Below, in pieces: positions 52,328 through 62,468 of a DNA stretch of 64,000 bases (position 1 is the first letter of the stretch; each line of letters starts with the position of its first letter). This DNA is from Naegleria gruberi. Taxonomy: Eukaryota. The notes below the pieces were generated by a model. That model ran no database searches, was not told the origin of the DNA, and saw only the letters and a list, made by a program, of their open reading frames with translations. Both the position numbers and the translations under genes were made by a program. Where the stretch lies: the NCBI GenBank assembly GCA_000004985.1, contig GG738897.1; one strand, written 5' to 3'.

Positions 52328-53982
52328 CTACAGCTGAGTTATTGTAACATTATGTGAAGGTTTAATCCAAGAAGGACTATGATCATAGGTTCCTGGACCA
52401 ATGTGTGGTGATTCAAATCTAGATATTGGAGCTGTCTGTACACGTGTATTCTTTGATAAATCAATTCCTTTTGGTTTCTTATCTGTAAATGAGGGTGGTA
52501 AATAATTCGGTCCAACAATTGCTGCTCTATCTCTTGGTAATTTCTCTGTAAATCTACTCGTTGTTGATGTGAACCCAGTTGTTCGTGTGGAAAATGATTT
52601 CTTTGACCAATTTTCATTTGCAATTGCATAAACTCCAACTGGAGGTGTTGTATCTTTCACTAATTTTCTTTCATTGTTATCAGAGCTTCTTGTTGTCCTG
52701 GATTGGAATGTACTAGATCTTGCATCTGTCTTTCTTACTTGATTTAGTTTTTCAGGTACGTTATATGAACCTGGTGGAGGTGCTTTTGCTTTTTCTATAT
52801 TTGTAAACCTAGCAGATGTTGAGCCAAATACACCAAAAGCACCTCTTGGTTTCTTTGTTAAATCATTTGTAAGATAATTACTATCATTGTAGCTTCCAGG
52901 TCCTGGAGGAGCATCTTTGGATTTGTAATTAAATCTTTCAGTTTTAGCATTGAATGGTCCATGAACTTTTGTACGATCACTACTAACATATTTCTCCTCA
53001 AAAACTCTAATATATTCACCAGGTCCAGGTGCACTTGAAAATGTACTTGAAAAATCAAAAGGCCTAGATGTTGTACTTCCAAATGGTTGGTGTTTTGTTT
53101 TGTGAGCAAGTTTTGGCTCCTTAGAATCATAAGCTCCAGGTCCTAAATTTGGTGACCTTATTTTGTCAATTGGAACAAGTGATGATCGTTGAGTCCTAGA
53201 TCCAAATATCGAACCATAACTTCTTGACATATCATTCACTTTGCTGTCATATGCTCCAGGTCCTGGATTTTTTGGAATTTTAAATATGTCTCTTGTAGTT
53301 GAACTTGTAAATATTCCTTGTGTTTTCCTTGGTGCTGTAATTTCTTCTACAAAATATTGACCTGGTCCAATTGAATCTTGATATGTTCCTTTATATCCTC
53401 CATCTGGTGGTCTTTGTCTTATTAATTCACCACGTGGACCTTCTTCATATCCATGTGATTGTGTATTAGCTGGAATTGATGGGGCAGTTGATAGTTGTTT
53501 AGTTGGAGTTGATGGATTTCTTGTTTTTGGAGGTGATTTACTAAACTTTTTTTCAAGGAAACTGTCAATATCCGATTTTACTTGATAACTTCCAGGTCCT
53601 TAATTCATCAATTCAACATTAAATTATTATTCATATTAAATAGAAGAAATATAGAAAAAAAATTGGTCATAATAAACCTACCTGGATTTTCCTCAATTGA
53701 TGTATTTAAATCAAATCTTGTTGTTGCAGATTTAAAAACAGAGGAACGATCGGTTTTTGAGGTGAAGGCTGTTGGACTTGAATAAGTACCAGGTCCAGGA
53801 GTGAGAAACTTTTCATTGGTTGATGTTGTGTACCTCTTTTCCGTTGAGAAGAATGGTGCTGAGGCATATTTAGGCTGTTTTAAGAATGGTTCATGAGAAA
53901 TGTAACTACCCGGTCCTAGTGCATCACTTGTGTTTGTTTTGGAGAGATCAAAGTCTCTTATGGATCGGCTTACCCATGCCAT
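52328..53982 (-). CDS. Sperm-tail PG-rich repeat (STPG / SHIPPO-repeat, ODF3-like) protein, two exons, about 520 aa.
   Basis: More than 10 copies of the P-G-P-G-(S/A/T/E)-Y motif at regular ~35-40-aa spacing (LGPGSYISHE, TPGPGTYSSP, NPGPGSYQV, IGPGQYFVEE, NPGPGAYDSK, LGPGAYDSKE, APGPGEYIRV, PPGPGSYNDS, PPPGSYNVPE, IGPGTYDHS). Exon 1 (ORF 53608..53982; MAWVSRSIRDFDL...EENP) ends in a GTAGGT donor at ~53683. An ~85-nt intron follows. Exon 2 runs from ~53598 to the stop at 52328; the ORF track shows only the part after an internal GTG. The intron splits one PGPG repeat (EENP|G|PGSYQ), which supports the splice. Confidence 0.7.
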
Positions 53983-54069
53983 TAGGTGTTGATGATGATG
54001 AAATTATTGTTTATTGTACTACTATCTAGATCCTAGTTGTTTATTTTTTTTAAAAAATTTTAATCGGTT

Positions 54070-54100
54070 TTTAAGGGCGCCAAATTATTTACGGCCGTTG
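54070..54100. promoter_or_regulatory. Isolated GC-rich element (GGGCGCCAAA = reverse complement TTTGGCGCC, E2F-like consensus; followed by ACGGCCG) in the otherwise ~85% AT 5' region of the STPG gene.
   Basis: Sequence ttaagggcgccaaattatttacggccgttg lies ~90-120 bp upstream of the STPG start codon at 53982 (minus strand). TTTSGCGC is the canonical E2F site. The functional assignment is inference only. Confidence 0.25.
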
Positions 54101-54331
54101 AAAGATTGTGCTGATAATTCAGATGTTTTGCTATTACTAATACCATTGATACTCAATTAATTGAGTTTGTGTGTTCGGCATCAACTCCAATCTTTCCTTA
54201 GTTTCATTTTGCATAAAGAAAGAAAAATTTAATGCCAATAATTTGGGATATTAATGAGAAATTTCTTTTATTTACACTACTTTTTTAATTTAAATTTTGT
54301 TAGTCAAATTTTATTATTTAACCGTTGTAAA

Positions 54332-55239
54332 TTAAAATACACCAGAGTAATATTCTTCATAGGCTTGCATAATTTCCTCTCTCGTATTCATAACAAATGG
54401 TCCTTGTCTTGCAACTGGTTCCTTAATAGGTTGACCTGATAAAATTAAGAATTGAACTTGATCAGATGTACTTTCAAATTCAAATTGAGTATTTTCAATT
54501 GTTTCATCGAATAAAACTGCAGATTTTTCAACAACTTGTTGATTTTCAAATATTCCATTTCCTTCAAATAAATAAATTAAACCTTGAAATCCTTTTGGAA
54601 TTGTTTCTATGAATTTTTCATTCTTCTTATTGATTTTAACATGACCTACTAATACAGGAGTTTTTAAAAGCACTGGACTATTTAAATCATGTGAAATACT
54701 TTTACCTGCCAGAACAGAATAAAGTACATTTTCCGTAATTTGCTTTTTTGGAATTTCACTTGCTCTTAAATCTTGATAATATGGATCAATTAATTTATCT
54801 TGAGATTTTAAATTAATCCAAATTTGAAACCCATGCATAGGTCCATCTCCAATTGGTGTTTCTTCATGTCTAATTCCTCTACCAGCTATTGTAATTATAT
54901 TATTGTAAATAATTGTAAAGTATTAACAAGTATTAACATACCAGTCATCCATTGAGCATCACCAGAAGATAAATAACCACTTCTTCCCAAACTATCTCTA
55001 TGCCTAGTTTGACCAGTTAATATATAAGAAAGTGTTTCAAATCCCTTATGAGGATGTTCTGGAAATCCATTTTTAGCATTTGGTATTTTAGCTTCATCCA
55101 ATAATAAGAATGGATCATGAACTGAAACTGTTGGTCCACCAATGGTTCTACACACTTTAACACCTGCACCTTCATTCACTTCCTTTCCGAGAATTGTTTT
55201 AAGAATTTTTAATTTCATAGCGTGTTGTTGTAGACTCAT
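54332..55239 (-). CDS. Pirin (bicupin) family protein, two exons.
   Basis: Exon 1 (ORF 54895..55239): ...[73 protein letters not shown] ends at a GTATGT donor. A ~49-nt intron follows (~54899-54947). Exon 2 is RGIRHEETPIGDGPMHGFQIWINLKSQDKLIDPYYQDL... (ORF 54332..54838). HPH.G.E...Y.L.G...H.D..G......GD.QWMTAG.GI.H.E and Q.W.NLP are pirin signatures. Confidence 0.8.
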
Positions 55240-55512
55240 TTTATTTGATTGTTTTATTTGCTTAATTGTTTATTGCTCAAGAGATGAAATATCAAAATAG
55301 ATGCGTTCGGACATGGGAGGTTATGTAATCTTTCATTTATTCCGAATTGAGTGGCTTATTTCTTGCATTTCATCCGAATGTGTATTGGTTTTTTTGTTAC
55401 AATGTGTTTAATAATTGTTGTTCTTCATCATTTAATTGTAAATAATAGTTTAATGTCAATCATTCATCAATCACCACTCATAAATAATAATTTAAATAGT
55501 TCAATTTAAAAA

Positions 55513-56532
55513 ATGTTTAAACTTGCATTTCCAATACGAGTTACCAAATTATACATGGTGATGATGATCATCATTTCCATCTCTATATTATTCATCATTA
55601 TATTTACACTTTACAATAAAAACATACAGAATAATCATGGAAAATCTACACAAGTAGAACATATATTACATGAATCATTATATCATCGGAATGATGGATT
55701 TCCATATATTCCTTATCAGATGGGAAATAATCAACTCATTCCACGAATAATTCATCAAACATTTAAAAGTCAAACTAGAAATGAAATGACAAGTGGCATG
55801 CAAAATGCAAGTAAAAGTTATGAATCCAATTCAAAATTTAAATATATTTATTATAATGATGATGCAGTTTTACAATTTTTAATTGATAATTATGGAGAAA
55901 ATTCTGATGAATTTCATGCATTTAATAATTTAATTCCATTTGCATATAAAATTGATTTTTGGAGATTGGCAGTTTTATATAAAATTGGAGGTTATTATTC
56001 AGATATTGATTCAATTTTATTAAAAGATTTAGATAAGTGGATTGAAAATAATGCAACAATGGTATTACCTGTTGGATATGCTTCATTTGCTTGGTTTGGA
56101 TTTGAATTTGCATTCATTGGAAGTATTCCTCATCATCCATTATTGAGAATTGCTATGGATATGATTATTTATAATGTGAAAAATAAGTATATTCCAGAAG
56201 TTCCTAGAAAATTACATGAACTTGATTTATTTCTTAAATTTGTTACAATTTCAGGACCTGTTCTTATGGGAAAAGCTTTTAATAGATATATGAATGAACC
56301 TGATGAAGCTCCTCATAATATTGTAAAGGGAAGAAGAGAAGGTTTTCAATTTCTTGGATTTTGTGATAATGGTATAAAATATTTTACAACAATTCCACAT
56401 CAGAGAGATTATAGAGAATGTAGAGGTGAAATTGTCATACAATTCAGATATGAGGAATATCGTCAAGAGAGGAGGAAATCTTATAAACCATATTGGGCAA
56501 GTTTTAAGGAAGGTAACATTTTTAAAACTTAG
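55513..56532 (+). CDS. GT32-family glycosyltransferase (Och1 / alpha-1,6-mannosyltransferase-like, DXD motif), type II membrane topology.
   Basis: N-terminal signal anchor (VMMIIISISILFIIIFTLY) then IPRIIHQTFKSQ...DDAVLQFL...FNNLIPFAYKIDFWRLAVLYKIGGYYSDIDSILLKDL. This is the GT32 sugar-binding region (IP..IHQ.W......D........D..RY..LY.YGG.Y.D.D). 339 aa. Confidence 0.7.
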   Translation: MFKLAFPIRVTKLYMVMMIIISISILFIIIFTLYNKNIQNNHGKSTQVEHILHESLYHRNDGFPYIPYQMGNNQLIPRIIHQTFKSQTRNEMTSGMQNASKSYESNSKFKYIYYNDDAVLQFLIDNYGENSDEFHAFNNLIPFAYKIDFWRLAVLYKIGGYYSDIDSILLKDLDKWIENNATMVLPVGYASFAWFGFEFAFIGSIPHHPLLRIAMDMIIYNVKNKYIPEVPRKLHELDLFLKFVTISGPVLMGKAFNRYMNEPDEAPHNIVKGRREGFQFLGFCDNGIKYFTTIPHQRDYRECRGEIVIQFRYEEYRQERRKSYKPYWASFKEGNIFKT

Positions 56533-56834
56533 AAAAAAGTTGTAATGCACTAACACAGAAACGAGATTAATGTTGTCGATTAATAAACGAGAAGAAATCA
56601 AAGATTTTAGGTAAAATCTAATTGATTGTGTCATTCAGCTATTTAAAAATGATCTATTAGATGAAGAGATGGTCATTGCATGAGGTAGAACATGAAATTG
56701 TTGTCTTGATTTTTAAATTAAGGGCTTCAAAGTTTTTTGATTTGTTCACAAGAGGTCAGATAGAAAGATCGAAACAATAGTGTTATTTATTCGAATTAAT
56801 TTAGGGTATTTATTTATTTTAGACATAGAGAAAA

Positions 56835-59800
56835 TCAAATAAAACTTTGATTTGATTTTGTTGGAGATGAAGAAGGTGAAGAATTAGTTGATAATTGTTT
56901 TAAATTTTTCAATCTTGGACTATTTGGACTTGAATTTCCATTTAAATTATTATTGGTAAAAGGTGATTCTAATGAAATATTTCCATTTATAGTATTATTA
57001 TTAACAATTGAACAAATATTTGGAATTGGTAAATTAATATTTCCACTATTTAATTTAATTAAAGAATATTGTTGTAATTTTTTAATAATATTTACATAAG
57101 AATTATTTAAATCACCATTTAAAAGTAATAAAATAATAAAAAATAAATCATCTGAATATTGAATTAAAGGTTTTTTAAATTTAAATGTTAAAAATGTTTT
57201 TAATTGATTAACATCAATATTTGTATTAATTAAATCCTTATTTGGATTAATTTCCAAAATTAGAAGTTGTAATAAAATAAATCCAATACATTTTATATCT
57301 TTTTTAAAATAATCATTTTGATTTTGATTTAAAAGTTCATTCATATTTTCATATTGAATTTGTTCAAATACTAAATTTGTATCGTGATGTTTTTTTAACA
57401 TTGAATTAATTCTTTGTTTTAAAATTCTATTTTGGTTTTGAATTTCTAAATTTGTAAAATCTTGTAAATATTCAATTCCACTTAAAATTATTTCAAAATC
57501 TTTTTCATTAAAAAGTAAAGTTTCTAAATTTAAATGATTATGTACTTGTTGCCTTTTATGGAGATATTGAATAACTTCAATTAATTGTTTTCCTATTTTG
57601 TAAATTTCAATTTCTTCAAATAATATTGTTTGATTTTGTAAAAATTGTTGAAATGTTGGATAATAGTTTGTAACATAATAATAATTATCATTAAAATAAA
57701 ATTCTTCTATTTTTGATTGTAAATATTTATGTTTAAATATATTATATTTAGAAATCTAATTAAATTAAATATAAAAATATAAAATAAATATTAAATTAAA
57801 TATTAAATTAAATTAAAATATATTATAAACATACCATATTTGTAAATTCTGATAAAGTATTAAATTTACTAATAAATGAAATTTCTAATTTTTGTAAATC
57901 ATTTACTTTATAAATAGTATATTGATTTAAATGTTTAATATTTTCAATAATTTTAAATCTTCCATTATAAATAAATTGATCATTAAATTTCTTTAAAAAA
58001 TTAAAAATTGCCTTTTTCTTTTTTCTTGAACTTTTTAATTCTGGTAATTTTAATAAAACTTTATCAAATCTATTTAAACATTCCTTTCTAGCATTACTAT
58101 CATCTAAATGATTTACAAAAACATTTAAAATATCAACAATTGTATCAATAGTTGGTCTTGTTAATGGATGTAATTGTAACATTGATATTACTAATCGAAT
58201 TATTAATTCTGGTATTCCATTATTTTTTAACTTGTTACAAATAATTGAATGAGTTTCATTTTCATCGGTTTTTATAGCTTCATGCATTAAAAATTTAGTT
58301 TCTTGATTTTTTACATTTCTAATAATTTGAATTTCCAATGTTAATAATTCATAAAATACACATCCCAATGAAAATATATCTATTATTATTATTATTATTA
58401 TTATTATTGGTATGAATTAGTATGAATTAGTATCATGATGATGATGATGATATTAAGGTGATGATAAATCCAATTAAATGTTATTAAAATATTAAATATA
58501 TTAAAATATTAAACATACCACTATTTTTATCAATTTTAAAATTACCAGTTGAACATTCAGGTGATAAAGTAATTGGTGTTCCTCTAAAACTAATTGTATT
58601 TAAATCATTTGTTGAAGTTAATAAACCAAAATCACCAATTGCAACTTCTTCCATATTTAGAGTTGAAGAATAATTAATTAAAATATTTTCATTTTTTAAA
58701 TCTCTATAAATTAAATTATTAAAATGAATTTGTTGTAAACCTAAACAAATTTGTAATAAAATATTTAACCAATTTGGAACTGTTTTTAAATTTCTTAATT
58801 TTGAATTTGTAATTAATTGTTGTAATGAAGATTTATAAAAAGGCATAACAAGACAACATGAATATTCATCATTTTTCTTTTCAATTGAATAATCTAAATA
58901 TGGTATTAGATTTGGATGTTTTAAATTTGAAACTTGTTCAATATTCCATTGTAATTCTTTTAATTTAATTGAATCTAAATTTTGTATTAATTTTTTAATA
59001 GCAACATCTCCAAATTGAATTGATTTACAATGAAATACAGTTCCTTCTCCTCCACTTGCTATTTTTTTTAAAACAACATATTTACCATTACATAATGTAT
59101 GTACTGTTATGGATTTTAACCAAATTGGTTCAATTTGAATTAAATTTAAAATTAAATATTTTAATAACATTGAAATATGATTTCCTTTAGAAAATTCAGG
59201 TAATTTACCAATTATTTGTTTACCAAATATCCACATATGTTTTAATGTATAACTAACTAATTGTATATTAAATATTTCCTTCTTTTTCTTTTTTTGATTA
59301 TTCAATTTTTTTAAATCTTGTTCAATAAAACTTTTTATAGCTTCCATACTTGTTTGAAAGGCAATTTGTTCATCTTTAGATATTTTAGAATCGGGAAATT
59401 TAACCCTATCAGATTTTACAAGTAATTTTATAGCTGCCAATATTGAACATGTTAAAATAAAGATTAAATGTGAACATGATTTTTGTGATAATAATGTATA
59501 ATATCTATTCAATTCTATATCTATATTATTACTAGTAGTAGTTGTATTATTTGTATTATTTGTATTATTTGTATTATTTGTATGAGTATTATTAGAATTA
59601 TTAGAATTATTAGATGATGAATTACCCTGATCAATAGTTGCTCTAAATGAAGTTGTAGGTAAATGTAAATTAATTTCCTCAGTGAGTGGATTATGATCAT
59701 TGGAATTGAAAAAATTATTCATACTACTTCTATTTTGATTATTTTGATTATTATTATTGAATGATTTTAAAACTCTACCAAATGTTGCAGGTGTTGGTAA

Positions 59801-62279
59801 TTGTTTTCTATCAACAAAACCAAAAGCATCAATAACTAATTTTTGTAAATCATCAAAATTATTTGGTATTTGAGTAAAGAATGGTTCATTAGAATCTTCA
59901 TCAATTGAACTTAAAATTGTATCTTCTAAATATTGAATAAAAGTTTCAATTATAATTGTAATATTTTGTTCAAATGCAATCATTAGAGTATAAATTAATT
60001 CATTCAATCTTGTTGAATTTTGAAAGAAATTTGTTATATTAATATAAACAAACATGAAATCCTTATTTGATTTTAAATTTAAATGATGATTTTGTATAAA
60101 ATCTTTCATTCTCTTTTTAATTAAAAATAAATAATCAAAATTTTGACCAAATTTATCAATTTGTAATTTTTGAAATTCAATTTGATTTTGTAAATAAGCA
60201 TCAGAAGAAGCTTTAAAATAAAATTCAAAATATTTTAAATCATATTCACCTTGTATCATATCATATAATGAAAGTGATTGAAAATAATCTAATAATTTTT
60301 TATAATTAATTGATTTTTCTGTAATTGAATGTAATGTAAAATAATTATCTAATAATTGAATTTTACTAAATTTATCCATTGGATATATTGCTGATTTTAA
60401 TACTGTTATTACTTTACCATCACATAAAAAATCAAAATGATCAATTTTATAATAATATTGATTAAAATATTTTGTAAAAAATCTACTTTTAATATTTCCA
60501 TTTATAGTAATTATTTTACCTCTATCTGCTATAAATAAATCATTTTCTAATAATTCTGTTACATAATGTGTTAATAATATTTTAATTGGTTTATAATTTG
60601 TATATTCTCCACTACAATATACACTTCCTGAATTACTTAAAAAGTAACAATTATTTTTAGAACATTCAATATCTATAATTGGTATATCTTGTTCTATAAA
60701 ATATGTTAATTTTTCAAATTCTCCATATATATCATTAGTATGATTTAATCCAAATTTACCAAATTGATTTTCACCATATACATATATATTAAATGTTGAT
60801 GTTAAAATTAAAATACTTTTATCATGACATGAAATTTTTTTAATAAAATCTTTTTGAATATTTCTATTATTATTTAAATTATTTATATTATTTAAATTAT
60901 TATTTAAATTTATATTATTTATATTATTATTTAAATTATTTATATTATTTAAATTAGAATTATTTAAATTAGAATTATTTAAAATTAATTGATTATTAAA
61001 ATTTGGAAATGGAATTGGTTTTGTACAAAAATTTTTAACATCTTTACATTTAATTCCAATTTCATCATCATTACAAATTCCACAAATAAATAAATCAAAA
61101 TCTTTTGTAATCATTAAAACATAATATTTTGTTAATGATGAAATTGAATGAATATTTGATGTAATAAGTGTTGGTGTTTTAATTACTTTTAATCTATTAT
61201 CTGTATTACTTGTTATATCTGAATAATAATTAATTCCACATCCATATAAATTACCACTTTCTATATTATTTTAAATATTATTTATTTAATAAATATATTT
61301 AATATTATATTTAGTTCTATATTATTTTAAATATATTGTAAACATACCAGTTAAAAATAAAGTACTTTCATATAAAGTTGTAATTTTCTTAATTTTTTCA
61401 CCTTTAAAATTATTAAATTGTAATCTAGTTGGTATTTGAGTGAGAGGTTTATTATGTCCTAATCCTAATTGATAATTATTATTATTACCTGCTACCCAAA
61501 TACTTTCATCCTCTTTTATTAAATATTAAATATTAAATATGATAAATATTTAAAAACATACCCATTACTATAAAAGTACAATAATTTTCAGTATAAATAT
61601 TTCTAATTCTAGAAACATCAATTGAATCTCTATATTCATTCTTTACACCTAACATTATTAAATGATTTTCATACACTTCAGAGTCTTGTTGATCATCAAA
61701 TTGTTGTTGATCATCATCACCATATAATATATAATCATCATCATCAATGGCTACTAAATATTGTCCATAATTAGTATTCTCTTTAATAATACCACTATTT
61801 AATATTAATGTACTTGATCCACTCAATTTATTTAAGTGATTAATTTTATAAAACAAATATTCTACATTAATAGTATTCTTATTGATCATATATTTACTTA
61901 GTGATGATAATGCTGATGCTGATGCTTTTATATTTTGATTAGATGATGATCCTACTCCTACTATAATATTACTACCACTATTACTACCAGGTGATGATAC
62001 AGGTGAATCTATTGGTGTAGCAATTGATGATCTAAAGCCTAGTGCATTGTTATAATTACCTGAAAGGCTTGTTGATGATGATGATGGTGATATTGAAGTA
62101 TCATTTTTATGAATACTAAAATATTCTTGATCCGAAGTAAATAATTTTAATAAATTCTGAGAACTTGTAGTACTGCCACTAGATGTTGACAGTCTATTAT
62201 TATTGTTATTGGTGAGAATGGATGGTGAAGAATTGGAGGGTGATAGAGAAGGTGAATTTAATGAATGTCTTGAAGACAT
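56835..62279 (-). CDS. Large multi-exon gene encoding an RCC1-repeat + Ser/Thr protein kinase with long Asn/Ser/Thr low-complexity inserts. At least 5-6 exons with very AT-rich introns.
   Basis: Exon ORFs on the minus strand: 61533..62279 (MSSRHSLNSPSLSP...; Ser-rich N-terminus), ~61350-61530 and 58484..61114. The last contains RCC1-like repeats (LYGCGINYY..., YVYGENQFGKFGL, SGSVYCSGEYTNY), then kinase subdomain I-VII (IASGGEGTVFHCKSIQFGDVAIKKL, HPNLIPYLDYS, IYRDLKNENILI, IGDFGLLTS). A ~115-nt intron contains (ATT)8. Then 57823..58368 (kinase subdomains IX-XI: MGCVFYELLTLE..., LHPLTRPT), and then 56835..57401 plus probably the 57402-57720 segment (Asn-rich C-terminal tail). Exact exon ends were not resolved. 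Confidence 0.55.
58381..58404. repeat. (ATT)8 microsatellite. A directly duplicated GTATGAATTA 10-mer lies immediately downstream. Both are inside an intron of the kinase gene.
   Basis: tattattattattattattattatt followed by ggtatgaattagtatgaattagtatc. This is an intronic simple-sequence repeat. Confidence 0.8.
59521..59600. repeat. Coding tandem repeat: ~5 copies of the 10-mer GTATTATTTG (imperfect). It encodes a Thr/Asn-rich (NTNNTNNT...) insert in the kinase gene (minus strand).
   Basis: gtattatttgtattatttgtattatttgtattatttgtatgagtattattagaattattagaattatt is visible directly. It is in frame within ORF 58484..61114. Confidence 0.75.
60841..61000. repeat. Imperfect 12-15-bp AT tandem repeats (aaattatttatatt / atttaaatta variants). 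They encode the poly-Asn/Leu/Ile tract NNSNLNNSNLNNINNLNNNINNINLNNNLNNINNLNNN of the kinase gene.
   Basis: Direct inspection. Repeat units vary by 1-3 nt. The region is in frame on the minus strand. Confidence 0.7.
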
Positions 62280-62468
62280 TTTTTATACTGTCTGACACTT
62301 GGCGTTTGATTGATCAACATTGTGGATAATTGATGGATAAAAACTCTTGAGCAGCAAAGAAAGAGCGGGAAGGTAGTTAACTTCCTTTTTTGAGTGTTAG
62401 CCACAATATTATGAATCAAATTTTGACAACAAAACAATTTAGTGTTGATTATAAATTTAAATGAATCA

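Noticed and set aside
52339-53130. ORFs 52339..52638 and 52858..53130 in alternate frames of the STPG gene.
   Set aside because: They overlap the repeat-bearing main frame. Their Q/H/L-rich translations reflect the same nucleotide repeats read out of frame.
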